From: an uncultured Eubacteriales bacterium
Lineage (GTDB): Bacteria; Bacillota; Clostridia; Oscillospirales; CAG-272
Direction: 5' to 3'
NCBI GenBank assembly: GCA_934385225.1
Contig: CAKRPQ010000002.1
Location: forward strand, 219 to 64,218
DNA: 64,000 nt
Part shown: positions 8,273 to 18,252 of the stretch, piece by piece
How positions within the stretch are numbered: the first letter of the stretch is position 1
Layout of the letters: the number at the start of each line of letters is the position of its first letter
Translations under genes and position numbers: made by a program
The notes under the pieces: generated by a model
What the model saw: the letters and a program-made list of their open reading frames with translations, nothing else
Told to the model about the DNA's origin: nothing
The model's database searches: none

Positions 8273-10387
8273 TCAGTCCTGACCGCCGCTTATCTCGTAA
8301 TCGACCTGCGGCTCGCCGTCACTGTCCTTCGAAATGCTTATACTGACTATCGTTCCGACAGGTTTATCGCTCTTTACGGTAGTTCCCTCTCCGAGCGAAA
8401 GTTCAACCTCGCGGAGAAGCGATCTCGCCTTTTTGACTGTCATTCCGACAATATTCGGAACCTGATAGCCGTCGCAGTCTATATACTCTATCTGACCGCC
8501 CGCCGCAAAATCGCCGCTCGACACGGTATAATCAACCTTTGTGACACCCGACGAGATAGGTGTTCCGGGAACGGGAAGCTGTTCAAGGATAAGTCCCTCG
8601 GCAAGCTCGCCCGCCTGTTCCGTCTTATTTCCGAGAACAAGACCGTATTTTGCAAGTTCCGCCTTTGCCTTTTCAACCGTCATTCCCGTAATATTCGGGA
8701 CGGATTTTTCTCTGAAACTCTGACCGCCGCTGACGGTGAGTTTTATTTCCGCGCCGACTTCGATGCTCGTTCCGGGCAGAACGCTCTGACCGATGACGAC
8801 ACCCGCCGCCTTATCGGATTCCTCATACGTTACATCGGAAACGGTAAGACCGAGGTTTGCGGCTTCCGTTCTCGCTTCGGTTTCGGTTTTAAGTCTGAAA
8901 TCGGGAACATCGACCGTATTTCCGCCCGACGACTTGCCCATGCTGTAATAAACGGTAACCGTCGAACCCATAATGGCGGCGTCACCCGCCGCGGGATAAG
9001 TGTAGCAGACCTTTCCCTTGCCTATCGTATTATGGAATATCGGCTGTTCCTCGCACGTAAAGCCGAGCTTTTTTAGCGCGAGCTTTACGTCACGCAGGGA
9101 CTGTCCCTCGTAATTTTCGAGTATGACGGTTTCTGGACCGAGGCTGAGCACGAGTTTAATCGTCGCTTTCTGTTTATCCTCTTTTACCTTTACCGTAGAG
9201 CCGGCTTCGGGCGTCTGTTCGAGAATTTTTCCCGCCTGGGCGTCCGAGCTGTATCTTTCCTCTGTCTGCACCTCATAATAGCGCGAGCTTAATCCTACCG
9301 CGTCCTGCGACGTATATATCGAACCGACTACATTCGGCACTTTTATCTCCACAAGCGAGCTGTCCGAGCCGAAAAACGCTTTAAGAACGATAACACCGCT
9401 GACGATAAGAACGACGGCAAACGCCGTGACGACGCCGAGTATCATCGGGAACATGGAACGGTTACCCGCCTGTTCTCTTCTCTCCGTTTTTGCCGCCGTT
9501 TTATGCGCCGTTTCGAGCTTGCGGCTCGGTTTGAACACAATATTCGGGTCGGCTTTGAGCCTTGCGAGCTGGCGGAGCATCTGTGCCGCGCTCTGGAAGC
9601 GCAGATCGGGATTTTTTTCCATCGCCGAAAGCGTTATCTGTTCAAGTCCGCGCGGTATCGCGGGATTTATCGAACGCGGCGGCACTGGCTGTTCTTTTAT
9701 CTGCATAAGCGCAACCGAAATCGGGCTTTCATCGTAAAAGGGCAGTCTTCCGCAGGACATTTCGTACATCATAACGCCGACGGAATATATATCGCTCCTG
9801 CGGTCGATCGCCTTGCCCTCCGCCTGTTCGGGACTGATATAATAGACCGTTCCGATCGCTTTGTCGGTAAGCGTGAGCGTTTCGGCGTTCGGGAGCTTCG
9901 CTATGCCGAAGTCCATCACCTTTATTACGCCGTTTTTAAGGAGCATTATATTCTGCGGTTTTATATCCCTGTGCACTATCCCCTTTGAGTGCGCGTGGTC
10001 AAGCGCGCGAAGGATCTGCTCCGTGTAACTGATTATTTCGCTGAGCGACAGGACTCCGCGTTTTGTCATATAGTCTTTGAGAGTGATGCCCTCAATATAT
10101 TCCATGACTATATACTTGACGTGGCTCTTCACCGAAACGTTATATATTTTGACTATATTCGGGTGCGAAAGCATCGCAACCGCTCTCGATTCGTTTACAA
10201 AACGCTTGACCTGCGCTATATCCGAGGCAATATCGTCTTTGAGCATCTTTATCGCGACCGTTTTCTTCTCAAAAAGGTCGTATCCCTCAAAGACCACCGC
10301 CATGCCGCCTGTTCCTATTGTTTTGAGAATACGATAGCGGTTATCGAACACCTGCCCGACGTATCTGTCGTAACTTTCAATATTCAT
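8273..10387 (-). CDS. prkC: Ser/Thr protein kinase with extracellular PASTA repeats
   Basis: Kinase motifs GTGGMAVV, HRDIKPQN, DFGIA and SPEQ, then a TM helix, then repeated PASTA-like units (VPNVVG..., VPDF..., VPNITG..., VPNIVG...). Confidence 0.95.
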   Translation of the reverse strand: MNIESYDRYVGQVFDNRYRILKTIGTGGMAVVFEGYDLFEKKTVAIKMLKDDIASDIAQVKRFVNESRAVAMLSHPNIVKIYNVSVKSHVKYIVMEYIEGITLKDYMTKRGVLSLSEIISYTEQILRALDHAHSKGIVHRDIKPQNIMLLKNGVIKVMDFGIAKLPNAETLTLTDKAIGTVYYISPEQAEGKAIDRRSDIYSVGVMMYEMSCGRLPFYDESPISVALMQIKEQPVPPRSINPAIPRGLEQITLSAMEKNPDLRFQSAAQMLRQLARLKADPNIVFKPSRKLETAHKTAAKTERREQAGNRSMFPMILGVVTAFAVVLIVSGVIVLKAFFGSDSSLVEIKVPNVVGSIYTSQDAVGLSSRYYEVQTEERYSSDAQAGKILEQTPEAGSTVKVKEDKQKATIKLVLSLGPETVILENYEGQSLRDVKLALKKLGFTCEEQPIFHNTIGKGKVCYTYPAAGDAAIMGSTVTVYYSMGKSSGGNTVDVPDFRLKTETEARTEAANLGLTVSDVTYEESDKAAGVVIGQSVLPGTSIEVGAEIKLTVSGGQSFREKSVPNITGMTVEKAKAELAKYGLVLGNKTEQAGELAEGLILEQLPVPGTPISSGVTKVDYTVSSGDFAAGGQIEYIDCDGYQVPNIVGMTVKKARSLLREVELSLGEGTTVKSDKPVGTIVSISISKDSDGEPQVDYEISGGQD

Positions 10388-10426
10388 ATTCCGATTTTTC
10401 TCCGATCATATTTGACGTTCGCGTGG

Positions 10427-11191
10427 TCAAAGTCCGAGAAGCAGGGCGGTTATGTTGTCGGCACCGCCGTTCTTGTTAGCTTTTTCGATAAGTTCCGAGA
10501 CCTTCTTTTCAAGCGTCCCGTCACCCGAAACCGTTTTCGCTATGTCCTCGTCCGTCACCATGTTCGTAAGTCCGTCCGAGCAGAGAAGGAAGTATATATT
10601 TTCTCCCTTGCCTTTTTCGACGGCATCGACGTCGGCTTCAAGCCCGTCCGTCGTTCCGACAGCTCTCGTTATGATGTTGCGGTTCGTACTGTTCTTTGCC
10701 TCCTCGGGCGTAAGTCTGCCCATATCGACAAGATACTGCACATACGAGTGGTCGTGCGTTATCTGCGTGATTTTTCCGTCGTTTATGCGGTAGATACGGC
10801 TGTCGCCGACGTTTATCGAATATATGTTTCCGTCGGCAATGAAAAGCGCGACAAGGGTCGTACCCATTCCCGCAAGTTCGGGATTCTTTCTCGCCGTTCC
10901 GAGGACTGCCGAATTTGCCTCCTCCGCCGCGTTTCCGAGAAGTATCCTGACGTTTACTCCGCTCATATCGACAGTTTTGCCGTCGTCCCTCATTCTCGGC
11001 AGGCACACCGCCTTTATCTCGCCCGAAAAGGCGTCAAGAGCAATTCTGCTCGCCTCTTCGCCGCCGTTTGCGCCGCCCATTCCGTCGCAGACCGCAAGAA
11101 GCAGAACGTTATCGGCAAGCCTGTATATGCCGAAATTATCCTGATTTCCTTTCCTCTTCTTGCCAACGTCCGTTTTTCCGAAATATATCAT
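10427..11191 (-). CDS. stp: PP2C-family Ser/Thr phosphatase (Stp/PrpC)
   Basis: TDVGKKRKGNQDNF, VCDGMGG and DNITALLL motifs. Located directly upstream of prkC. Confidence 0.93.
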   Translation of the reverse strand: MIYFGKTDVGKKRKGNQDNFGIYRLADNVLLLAVCDGMGGANGGEEASRIALDAFSGEIKAVCLPRMRDDGKTVDMSGVNVRILLGNAAEEANSAVLGTARKNPELAGMGTTLVALFIADGNIYSINVGDSRIYRINDGKITQITHDHSYVQYLVDMGRLTPEEAKNSTNRNIITRAVGTTDGLEADVDAVEKGKGENIYFLLCSDGLTNMVTDEDIAKTVSGDGTLEKKVSELIEKANKNGGADNITALLLGL

Positions 11192-11248
11192 ACAAATTCA
11201 CCGTTACCGTCGCACAGATACGCGGTATCCTTTCTTTGCCATGTCAAA

Positions 11249-12361
11249 TCAGATGTCTTTTTCGGTTTTTGCCCCGTTTTCCTCTTTGCCCGAATCGTCT
11301 TCGAGTGCGCTTTCGCGGCGGAGCTGACCGCAGGAAGCGTTTATATCCGAGCCGAGTTTTCTGCGCACCGTTGCCCTTATGCCTTTGCTTTCAAGAGTGC
11401 GTGAAAACGCTTTTATCGCGTCCGCGCCGCTCTTTTTGAAGCACGTTTCCTTTACCTCGTTCACGGGTATGAGATTGACGTGGATAGGCATCGTTTCGCT
11501 TCTCGTCCGAAGCGCTCTGTTGAGTGTTTCGGCAAGGCGGAGAGCGTGGCGCACGGTATCGTTTTCGCCCGCTATCAGCGTATATTCAAACGAGATACGC
11601 CGTCCCGTGCTTTTATAATAATCCCGACAGGCGCGAAGAAGCGTCTCAACGTTCCACCTGTTATTCACGGGCATTATCTTTGAACGCGTCTCGTCGTCGG
11701 GTGCATGAAGCGAGATTGAGAGCGTTATCGGCAGCGAGAGCCTTGCAAGCTCATATATTTTATCCGCCAGTCCGCAGGTCGAAAGGGAGATATGCCTGTA
11801 ACCTATGCAAAGTCCCTTCTCGTCGCCGACAAGCGTGAGAAATTTCACAACATTATCAAAATTATCGAGCGGTTCGCCTATTCCCATCATTACGATGTTC
11901 GATATGCGCACACCCATATCCTTTTCGGCCGATATGATCTGACCGAGAAGCTCCGACGGACGCAGATCGCGCACCTTTCCGCCTATGGTCGACGCGCAGA
12001 AACGGCACCCCATTCTGCAACCTACCTGCGACGAGATACATATCGTGTTTCCGTGCTCGTACTTCATCACAACGCTCTCAATGCAGTTTCCGTCGGAAAG
12101 CATAAAGAGGTATTTCACCGTTCCGTCGAGCTTTGAAACGAGCTTTTTCTTTATCTTAGGCAGAAAATAATATGTATTCTCCGCGAGCTTTTCTTTGAGT
12201 GTTTTCGGGATATTCGTCATTTCTTCGGGCGAGACTCCCTTTTGCAGCCCCGCGAACATCTGCGAGGCTCTGTATTTCGGCTCGCCGAGAACGGTGAGAA
12301 GTTCTTCGAGTTCCGTCGCGGAAAGCGAGAGCAGATCGGTTTTTCCCTCTGTGTTTATCAT
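11249..12361 (-). CDS. rlmN: 23S rRNA (adenine2503-C2)-methyltransferase, radical SAM
   Basis: CRMGCRFC radical-SAM cluster motif and typical RlmN N- and C-terminal regions. Confidence 0.93.
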   Translation of the reverse strand: MINTEGKTDLLSLSATELEELLTVLGEPKYRASQMFAGLQKGVSPEEMTNIPKTLKEKLAENTYYFLPKIKKKLVSKLDGTVKYLFMLSDGNCIESVVMKYEHGNTICISSQVGCRMGCRFCASTIGGKVRDLRPSELLGQIISAEKDMGVRISNIVMMGIGEPLDNFDNVVKFLTLVGDEKGLCIGYRHISLSTCGLADKIYELARLSLPITLSISLHAPDDETRSKIMPVNNRWNVETLLRACRDYYKSTGRRISFEYTLIAGENDTVRHALRLAETLNRALRTRSETMPIHVNLIPVNEVKETCFKKSGADAIKAFSRTLESKGIRATVRRKLGSDINASCGQLRRESALEDDSGKEENGAKTEKDI

Positions 12362-12371
12362 TTATTATCCT

Positions 12372-13682
12372 TTACGTTTTTATGAGTTTCGCGATAAAGA
12401 ACCCGTCACTTCCGTCAGACGACGGGAGAAACGTATATGTTCCGTTTTCTGCCGTAATACCGCACACGGAAAACGGCACGGGTCTCATTTCGGGGTGAAG
12501 CGAAACAATTCTTTCGACGTTTCTTTCGTTCTCTTCGGGAAGAACGGTGCAGGTCGAATATACAAGCGTTCCACCCTTTTTCAGATACTTTATGCAGTTC
12601 TCCGAAATTTCAAGCTGAACATCGGGAAGTCTTTTTATATCGGCTGCGTTTTTATATCTGATTTCGGGCTTTTTTGCAATGACTCCGAGTCCCGAACAGG
12701 GAACGTCAAGAAGAAGCACGTCCGCGCTTTCTTCAAGCTCTGCGTCGAATTTTCTGCCGTCGCGCGCCGCTGCTTCGATAATGTCTATACCGAGCCGTTT
12801 CGCGCCGTTTCTTATAAGCGACAGCTTATTTTCGTGGAGGTCAAACGACTTTATCACGCCCTCGTTCTCCATCATCATCGCCACCGAAAAACTCTTTCCG
12901 CCGGGGCAGGCGCACGCGTCGATAACGGTATCGCCCTTCTTTGCGCCCGTGACGAGAGCGCATATCTGCGAGACCTCGTCCTGCACGAAAAACAATCCCT
13001 CGTCATTTTCGCCGACAAGTGACGAATAACCGTCCGCGTCCGAAATTTTTATGCCGAACGGCGAAAATTCCGTCTTGGAGACCTTTGCGCCGTCCCTCAG
13101 CAGTTTTTCGGCAAGCTCGTCGCGCGAAATTTTAAGAGTATTGGTTCTGAGTGTCATCGGCGGGTGATTTTCCGACGCCGAGAGCATTTTTTCGGTTTTT
13201 TCTTCGCCGAGTCTGTCCATAAGAAGCTCGCAGACATCGGGCGAAACCGAATATTTTACCGAAAAATACTCCGCCGTGCCGTTTTCTCTTTGCGGCAGCG
13301 GTATCTGCTTGCCTGTGCGCACAAATGCGCGCAGGAGCGCGTTGACAAAGCCTTTCGAGCGTTTTCCCGCAAGCTCGACGCTCTCGTTTATCGCCGCATG
13401 ATCGGGAATTTTATCCATATATGCAAGCTGATATATCCCCATTCTGAGGATATTCCGCGTCGCTTTTTCAATTTTCGACGGTGGGATTGACGAAAGCCCG
13501 TCGATAACATAGTCAAGAGTTATCTTTCTTTCGACCGTGCCGTAAACGAGAGCGGTAAGAAGCGCTCTGTCCGCGCCGTCAAAGCCTTTTCTTCTGATTT
13601 CGGTGTCAAGCGCTATATTCGAATACTGTCCCTGTAATTCAAGTCCCGAAAGAAGCGAAAGAGCCGAGGATCTGACATTCAT
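12372..13682 (-). CDS. rsmB: 16S rRNA (cytosine967-C5)-methyltransferase
   Basis: NusB-like N-terminal domain plus the methyltransferase motifs DACACPGGKS and VYSTCT. Start moved to ATG 13682 (MNVRSSAL) because the track start at 13769 overlaps the upstream gene by 80 nt. Confidence 0.9.
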   Translation of the reverse strand: MNVRSSALSLLSGLELQGQYSNIALDTEIRRKGFDGADRALLTALVYGTVERKITLDYVIDGLSSIPPSKIEKATRNILRMGIYQLAYMDKIPDHAAINESVELAGKRSKGFVNALLRAFVRTGKQIPLPQRENGTAEYFSVKYSVSPDVCELLMDRLGEEKTEKMLSASENHPPMTLRTNTLKISRDELAEKLLRDGAKVSKTEFSPFGIKISDADGYSSLVGENDEGLFFVQDEVSQICALVTGAKKGDTVIDACACPGGKSFSVAMMMENEGVIKSFDLHENKLSLIRNGAKRLGIDIIEAAARDGRKFDAELEESADVLLLDVPCSGLGVIAKKPEIRYKNAADIKRLPDVQLEISENCIKYLKKGGTLVYSTCTVLPEENERNVERIVSLHPEMRPVPFSVCGITAENGTYTFLPSSDGSDGFFIAKLIKT

Positions 13683-13689
13683 CTTCGGT

Positions 13690-14379
13690 TTATCTCCTGT
13701 CGTTTCTGCGTCCGAGGAGGAGCATAAGACGAAGCACCTGCGCAAGAGACGATGCAAGTGCCGCAACATAAGTCAGTGCCGCCGCTGTGAGAACCTTTCT
13801 TGCGCCGCTTATTTCGCTCCCGTCAAGTCTGCCGCACGAGCGAAGTGCCGCAAGCGCACGTCTGCTCGCGTTGAATTCGACGGGGATCGTTACCGCCTGA
13901 AATACGGCGGTCAGCGAATAGAGGATTATTCCTATCATCGCAAGTTCATAAAGCGAAAAAATGAATCCGATAAGGAAAATGGGCATTGCAAGCGTCGAAC
14001 CTATGCGCGTCGCGGGGATTATCGCCGCGCGGAGCTTCATCGGCGAATAGCCTTTTGCATACTGCACCGCGTGTCCCGCCTCGTGCGCGGCAACGCCGAC
14101 GGCGGCTATTCCCGTCGAGCCGTAAACGCCGCCCGAAAGCCTTATGACGTTTGTCGTCGGGTCAAAATGGTCGGTAAGTTCGCCCGCAATATGCTCTATG
14201 CGAACGCCCGTAAGTCCGTTTGAGTCGAGAATCAGTCTTGCCGCATCGTACCCCGTCATTCCGCATTTTGTGCCGATTTTATTGTACTTTGAGTAGGTGC
14301 TCTGAACGAGTATCTGCGCCCAAAGCGCGAATATGAGCGCGGGAAGAATAACAAGATATGTGCTGTCGTAATAGAACAT
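13690..14379 (-). CDS. Membrane zinc metallopeptidase (Zn_peptidase_2-type)
   Basis: 229 aa, HEAGHAVQ motif, N- and C-terminal TM helices. Confidence 0.8.
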   Translation of the reverse strand: MFYYDSTYLVILPALIFALWAQILVQSTYSKYNKIGTKCGMTGYDAARLILDSNGLTGVRIEHIAGELTDHFDPTTNVIRLSGGVYGSTGIAAVGVAAHEAGHAVQYAKGYSPMKLRAAIIPATRIGSTLAMPIFLIGFIFSLYELAMIGIILYSLTAVFQAVTIPVEFNASRRALAALRSCGRLDGSEISGARKVLTAAALTYVAALASSLAQVLRLMLLLGRRNDRR

Positions 14380-14400
14380 CTGAAAATTCTCCTTTCGGTT

Positions 14401-15333
14401 TTATGACAGAATATCGCCTATGGAAATCTTTCTGCCTCGTATAAAATCCTGTGCGTCCATTCTCCCCTTTCCCTCAGGCAGAACACGGAGAATATCGACG
14501 CAGCCTCCGTCGCCGCAGGCGACAGTTATTCCGTTATCGAGCGAGACGACAGTTCCCGCCTTTTCGCGCGAAGTTTTGTCGGAAATAATGCTCTTTATAA
14601 CCTTTAACAGTTTTCCGTCGCCCGTATGCGTGAACGCGAGCGGGATCGGAGAAAGACCGCGGATAAGGTCGTGAACCTGTTTTGCGCTTTTGCAGAAATC
14701 TATCAGGCAGTCGGATTTTTCTATCTTCGCTGCATACGTCATCTCGGCGTCGTTCTGCTTTTCGCGTGTCGCAGTGCCGTTTCTTATCGCGTTTACGGTT
14801 TCAAGGAGCAGTTTTGCGCCGCATTCTCCGAGCTTATCGTGAATATCCTCAAAATTGTCGTCCGCGCCTATCTCAACTTCGCGCTTCATTATCATATCGC
14901 CCGTGTCAAGTCCGACGTCCATATACATCGTCGTTATCCCCGTAACGGCCTCGCCGTCGATTATAGCCCGCTGCATAGGTGCGGCTCCGCGGTACTTCGG
15001 GAGAAGCGAGCCGTGAACGTTAATACAGCCGTATTTCGGGTAATTTATCACGTTTTCGGGCAATATCTTGCCGTATGCGACGACGATTATCATTTCGGGG
15101 CCTATCTGCGAAAGAGTTTCGGCAAACTCGTCACCTCGGAGCGTTTTCGGCTGATAAACGGGTATTCCGCGTTCTTCCGCAAACACTTTGACGGGCGGCG
15201 GGCAGAGTTCGTATCCTCTGCCCTTCGGTTTATCCGTCTGCGTGACGACGCCGACGACGTTTTCACCCGCATCGCATAGTGCGCGAAGTGAAAACAGCGC
15301 AAAATCGGGCGTTCCCATAAACAAAATCTTCAT
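14401..15333 (-). CDS. fmt: Methionyl-tRNA formyltransferase
   Basis: MKILFMGTPDFA N-terminus, HGSLLPKYRGAAP motif, downstream of def. Confidence 0.96.
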   Translation of the reverse strand: MKILFMGTPDFALFSLRALCDAGENVVGVVTQTDKPKGRGYELCPPPVKVFAEERGIPVYQPKTLRGDEFAETLSQIGPEMIIVVAYGKILPENVINYPKYGCINVHGSLLPKYRGAAPMQRAIIDGEAVTGITTMYMDVGLDTGDMIMKREVEIGADDNFEDIHDKLGECGAKLLLETVNAIRNGTATREKQNDAEMTYAAKIEKSDCLIDFCKSAKQVHDLIRGLSPIPLAFTHTGDGKLLKVIKSIISDKTSREKAGTVVSLDNGITVACGDGGCVDILRVLPEGKGRMDAQDFIRGRKISIGDILS

Positions 15334-15352
15334 TATATCACTTCCGTCCGTT

Positions 15353-15805
15353 TCAGTCGTACATTTCTATCGCTTCGTCGATGAACAGCTTGCCGTCAAG
15401 GTGGTCAAGCTCGTGGCAGAACGCCCTTGCGAGAAGTCCGCTGCCGCTTATGTCAAATTCCTTTCCGTCTCTGCCCATCGCGCGCACGGTGACGTGCATG
15501 GGTCTCCGCGTCTTTCCGCTTCTGCCGGGTATCGACAGGCAGCCTTCGACCTCCTCCTGCACGCCCGCTTTCGCGATAATTCTCGGATTTATAAGCTCTA
15601 TAAGCTGTCCCGGCTCGGTTTCAATGACAACGACCCTGCGAAGCACGCCGACCTGCGGTGCCGCAAGTCCGCAGCCGTCCGCCGCCCTCATAGTTTCCGC
15701 CATATCGTCAAGAAGTGTGCATATTCTCGGCGTTACCGTCTCAACGGGACGGCAGGTCTTTCTGAGCGTCTCGTCTCCTATTTTCAGTATGTTCAGTTTT
15801 GCCAT
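15353..15805 (-). CDS. def: Peptide deformylase
   Basis: GCGLAAPQVG, EGCLS and HELDH motifs. Start set at ATG 15805 (MAKLNILK), which has GGAGG upstream (15811..15816). The track start at 15832 would overlap the GH78 gene. Confidence 0.95.
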   Translation of the reverse strand: MAKLNILKIGDETLRKTCRPVETVTPRICTLLDDMAETMRAADGCGLAAPQVGVLRRVVVIETEPGQLIELINPRIIAKAGVQEEVEGCLSIPGRSGKTRRPMHVTVRAMGRDGKEFDISGSGLLARAFCHELDHLDGKLFIDEAIEMYD

Positions 15806-15825
15806 TTTAACCTCCGTTTTTGTTT

Positions 15826-18213
15826 TTAACAAATATATCTCCTTGCCATCGAACCGTTTTTGAATCTCTCCGATGTTTTTATTACAGTCATATCATCGGC
15901 GTCGCCGTACTTATATCTGACGAAGTCGTTCTGACCGTCGCGGACAAACATATAGCCGTCGGGAAGTCTTATCTCCGTCTTTACTCCCTCGTCCGCCTTC
16001 ACGGTGAGTTTTACGTTCTCGCCGTCTCTCTGCCACTTTATGTAAACTCTGCCTGCGGGCGCGTCGTAGTGTCCTTCGGCGAAATCAAGCGTGCTTATGA
16101 AATTCGGCGCGACAACTATTCTGTTTGCGTCTTTTCCCGTCGGGTTGACGTTCACACCGAGTATTCTGCGCAGGAAGAAGTGATTTATGTCACCGTAGAA
16201 ATGGTGGTTAAGCGACGCGAGCGCGCCGTATGTACTTGCGATGCTTTCGGGAAGCGACGTCATCGGCAGTTTGTTTACATAGTAGCCGTAGGACGGGAAA
16301 TCCTCTTTTGCTATAAGGTGATATGCAAGGTCGGCGTTGCCTGTCATTGCAAGCGCGTGGAATATCGTACGAAGCCCAAGGAAGCCGACGTCGAAGTTGT
16401 CGCCCTCGTCGTGTACCGTTTCGGCGAGTTTCTTTCCGGCGGCATTAAGCTCCGCGCCCTCGAAAATGCCGTAGTAGATGCACATTGCAAGTCCCGTCTG
16501 CGAATGGCAGGTCGTCGTCATCGTGCAGAAATCTATCAGATTTTCTCTTATTGCTTTCTTTACCTCATCGCCAAGGTTTTTAGCGTACGAAGCGTCAAGA
16601 GTGTTGCCTATCGCGCAGAACATCTCCTCGCCCTTGCGGCACATATCATAGACCATGATACTGTCCGTGAGTGCAAGCGTAGGCTGTACCTTACCGCCGT
16701 CAACGGGTATCCAGTCGCCGAGACCTATGTGAATAAGTCCGTCATCGTCGCGTTTCGACGCGATATATTCAAGATAACGCATCATCATATGACGGTTTTC
16801 TCTTATTATTTCCGTATCGCCTCTGTAATGATACATCATATAGGGAAGATTGAAAATAACGCTGTCCCATGCGGGTCCGTTACCCCAATCAAAACCCCAG
16901 CCTGCCGTCGGAATGATACCGGGAATCGCGCCCTCGATATTCTGGGCATGTCTTATGTTGCAGAGCCATTCGCGATAGCTGTTTTCTGGTGTGAACGTCA
17001 TTATCATATGCTCTGCCGACGCGGAGGCGTCACCCGTCCAGCCGTTTTTCTCTCTGTGCGGGCAGTCGGTCGGGAAATACCAGAAGTTCGAAAGGTCGGA
17101 ATTGAGTGCCATTGCGAAAAGTTTATTGACTATATCGTTCGAACATCTGAAATCCGCTCTCATCTTCATATCCGAATGTGCGCGGAGGAATGTCATTGCC
17201 TCTTTTGTTGCCTGTTCTTCCGTTATTCCGTTTACATAAATGTATCTGCAACCGTGATATGTGAACATAGGGACGAATACTTCCTCGTCCTTATCGCCGC
17301 GGCAGATATAAATATCTCTCTGCGAGTAACCGTTCGGGTAGAAACCTATATTTTGATATGTAAGTCTGCCCTCCTCGTCAAGATACTCTCCGCACTGGAA
17401 AGAAATCTTCTGACCTCTCCTTGCGTCCTTTATCTTAAAGCGGAAAACACCCGCCGTGTTTACACCGAAATCGTAAATATAACCGCCTGTCATTTCGACA
17501 TTACGGTCGGGAATGTCCATGCCTTTGATCGATTCGGCAATGTCATTCATTTCCTTGTATGGAACAAGTTCTCCCTTTTTGATTGAAACGGGAGGTATTT
17601 CCTCCTTTACCTTTACGGGTTCTGCCGTGCAGAGCTTTGCTTCTCCTCTCGGATTTTCAGCCTTCATGACGGGCTTCCAGTCATGCGCGTCAAATCCTGC
17701 CTCGCACCAGCCGTCCTCTTCGAGACGCGCGTCGTAATGAACGCCGCTGCGCAGATCGTTGAACATTATCGGAGACTCTTTCCAAACAAGAGATGTCGCG
17801 TCAAACTCTACCGTCTCGCCGCCTGCTTCCGCGCGGAAGCTGAACGCCGTTTTCGGTGACGAGGTATAAACAGCATCACAGAAATTCCAGACAGCCGTTT
17901 TGGGGTTCTGCATACCGTCGCCGAGAACTATTCCTATCACATTTTCGCCCTCGCGCAGCCTGTCCGTAAGGTCATAGAGGTCATAGTAGATCAGATCGTC
18001 GCTGTTTGAGATATAAGGCGAGGTAAGTCCCTTTGTTATCATTTTACCGTTCACAAACAGGTCGTAAAAACCGAGTCCCGTGATAAGTATTTCCGCTTTT
18101 TCGGGCTTTGCGCGAAGCGTAAAGCTCTTTCTCATTGCGGGCGACGGCACATGGCGGTCGTATTTGTTATAATCGTATCCCGCGCATACAAATCTCTTTG
18201 AAAAATCGAGCAT
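15826..18213 (-). CDS. Alpha-L-rhamnosidase-like glycoside hydrolase (GH78), cytoplasmic
   Basis: 795 aa. The hallmark TDCPHREKNGWTGDA is present, followed by a six-hairpin catalytic region. No signal peptide. Confidence 0.85.
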   Translation of the reverse strand: MLDFSKRFVCAGYDYNKYDRHVPSPAMRKSFTLRAKPEKAEILITGLGFYDLFVNGKMITKGLTSPYISNSDDLIYYDLYDLTDRLREGENVIGIVLGDGMQNPKTAVWNFCDAVYTSSPKTAFSFRAEAGGETVEFDATSLVWKESPIMFNDLRSGVHYDARLEEDGWCEAGFDAHDWKPVMKAENPRGEAKLCTAEPVKVKEEIPPVSIKKGELVPYKEMNDIAESIKGMDIPDRNVEMTGGYIYDFGVNTAGVFRFKIKDARRGQKISFQCGEYLDEEGRLTYQNIGFYPNGYSQRDIYICRGDKDEEVFVPMFTYHGCRYIYVNGITEEQATKEAMTFLRAHSDMKMRADFRCSNDIVNKLFAMALNSDLSNFWYFPTDCPHREKNGWTGDASASAEHMIMTFTPENSYREWLCNIRHAQNIEGAIPGIIPTAGWGFDWGNGPAWDSVIFNLPYMMYHYRGDTEIIRENRHMMMRYLEYIASKRDDDGLIHIGLGDWIPVDGGKVQPTLALTDSIMVYDMCRKGEEMFCAIGNTLDASYAKNLGDEVKKAIRENLIDFCTMTTTCHSQTGLAMCIYYGIFEGAELNAAGKKLAETVHDEGDNFDVGFLGLRTIFHALAMTGNADLAYHLIAKEDFPSYGYYVNKLPMTSLPESIASTYGALASLNHHFYGDINHFFLRRILGVNVNPTGKDANRIVVAPNFISTLDFAEGHYDAPAGRVYIKWQRDGENVKLTVKADEGVKTEIRLPDGYMFVRDGQNDFVRYKYGDADDMTVIKTSERFKNGSMARRYIC

Positions 18214-18252
18214 AAAAAGTTCCTCTCTTTTCTTAAATTACTGTTTTTCTGT

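Noticed and set aside
13683-13769. The N-terminal extension of rsmB (MLRHLHRLLRRCF...) in the ORF track.
   Set aside because: It would overlap the 3' end of the zinc-peptidase gene by 80 nt and adds Arg/Leu-rich residues that do not look conserved. ATG 13682 yields the typical NusB-like N-terminus.
15820-17586. A 588-aa ORF antisense to the GH78 gene.
   Set aside because: Same reasoning as above. The GH78 frame carries the TDCPHREKNGWTGDA hallmark, while the antisense translation has no motif and an implausible composition.
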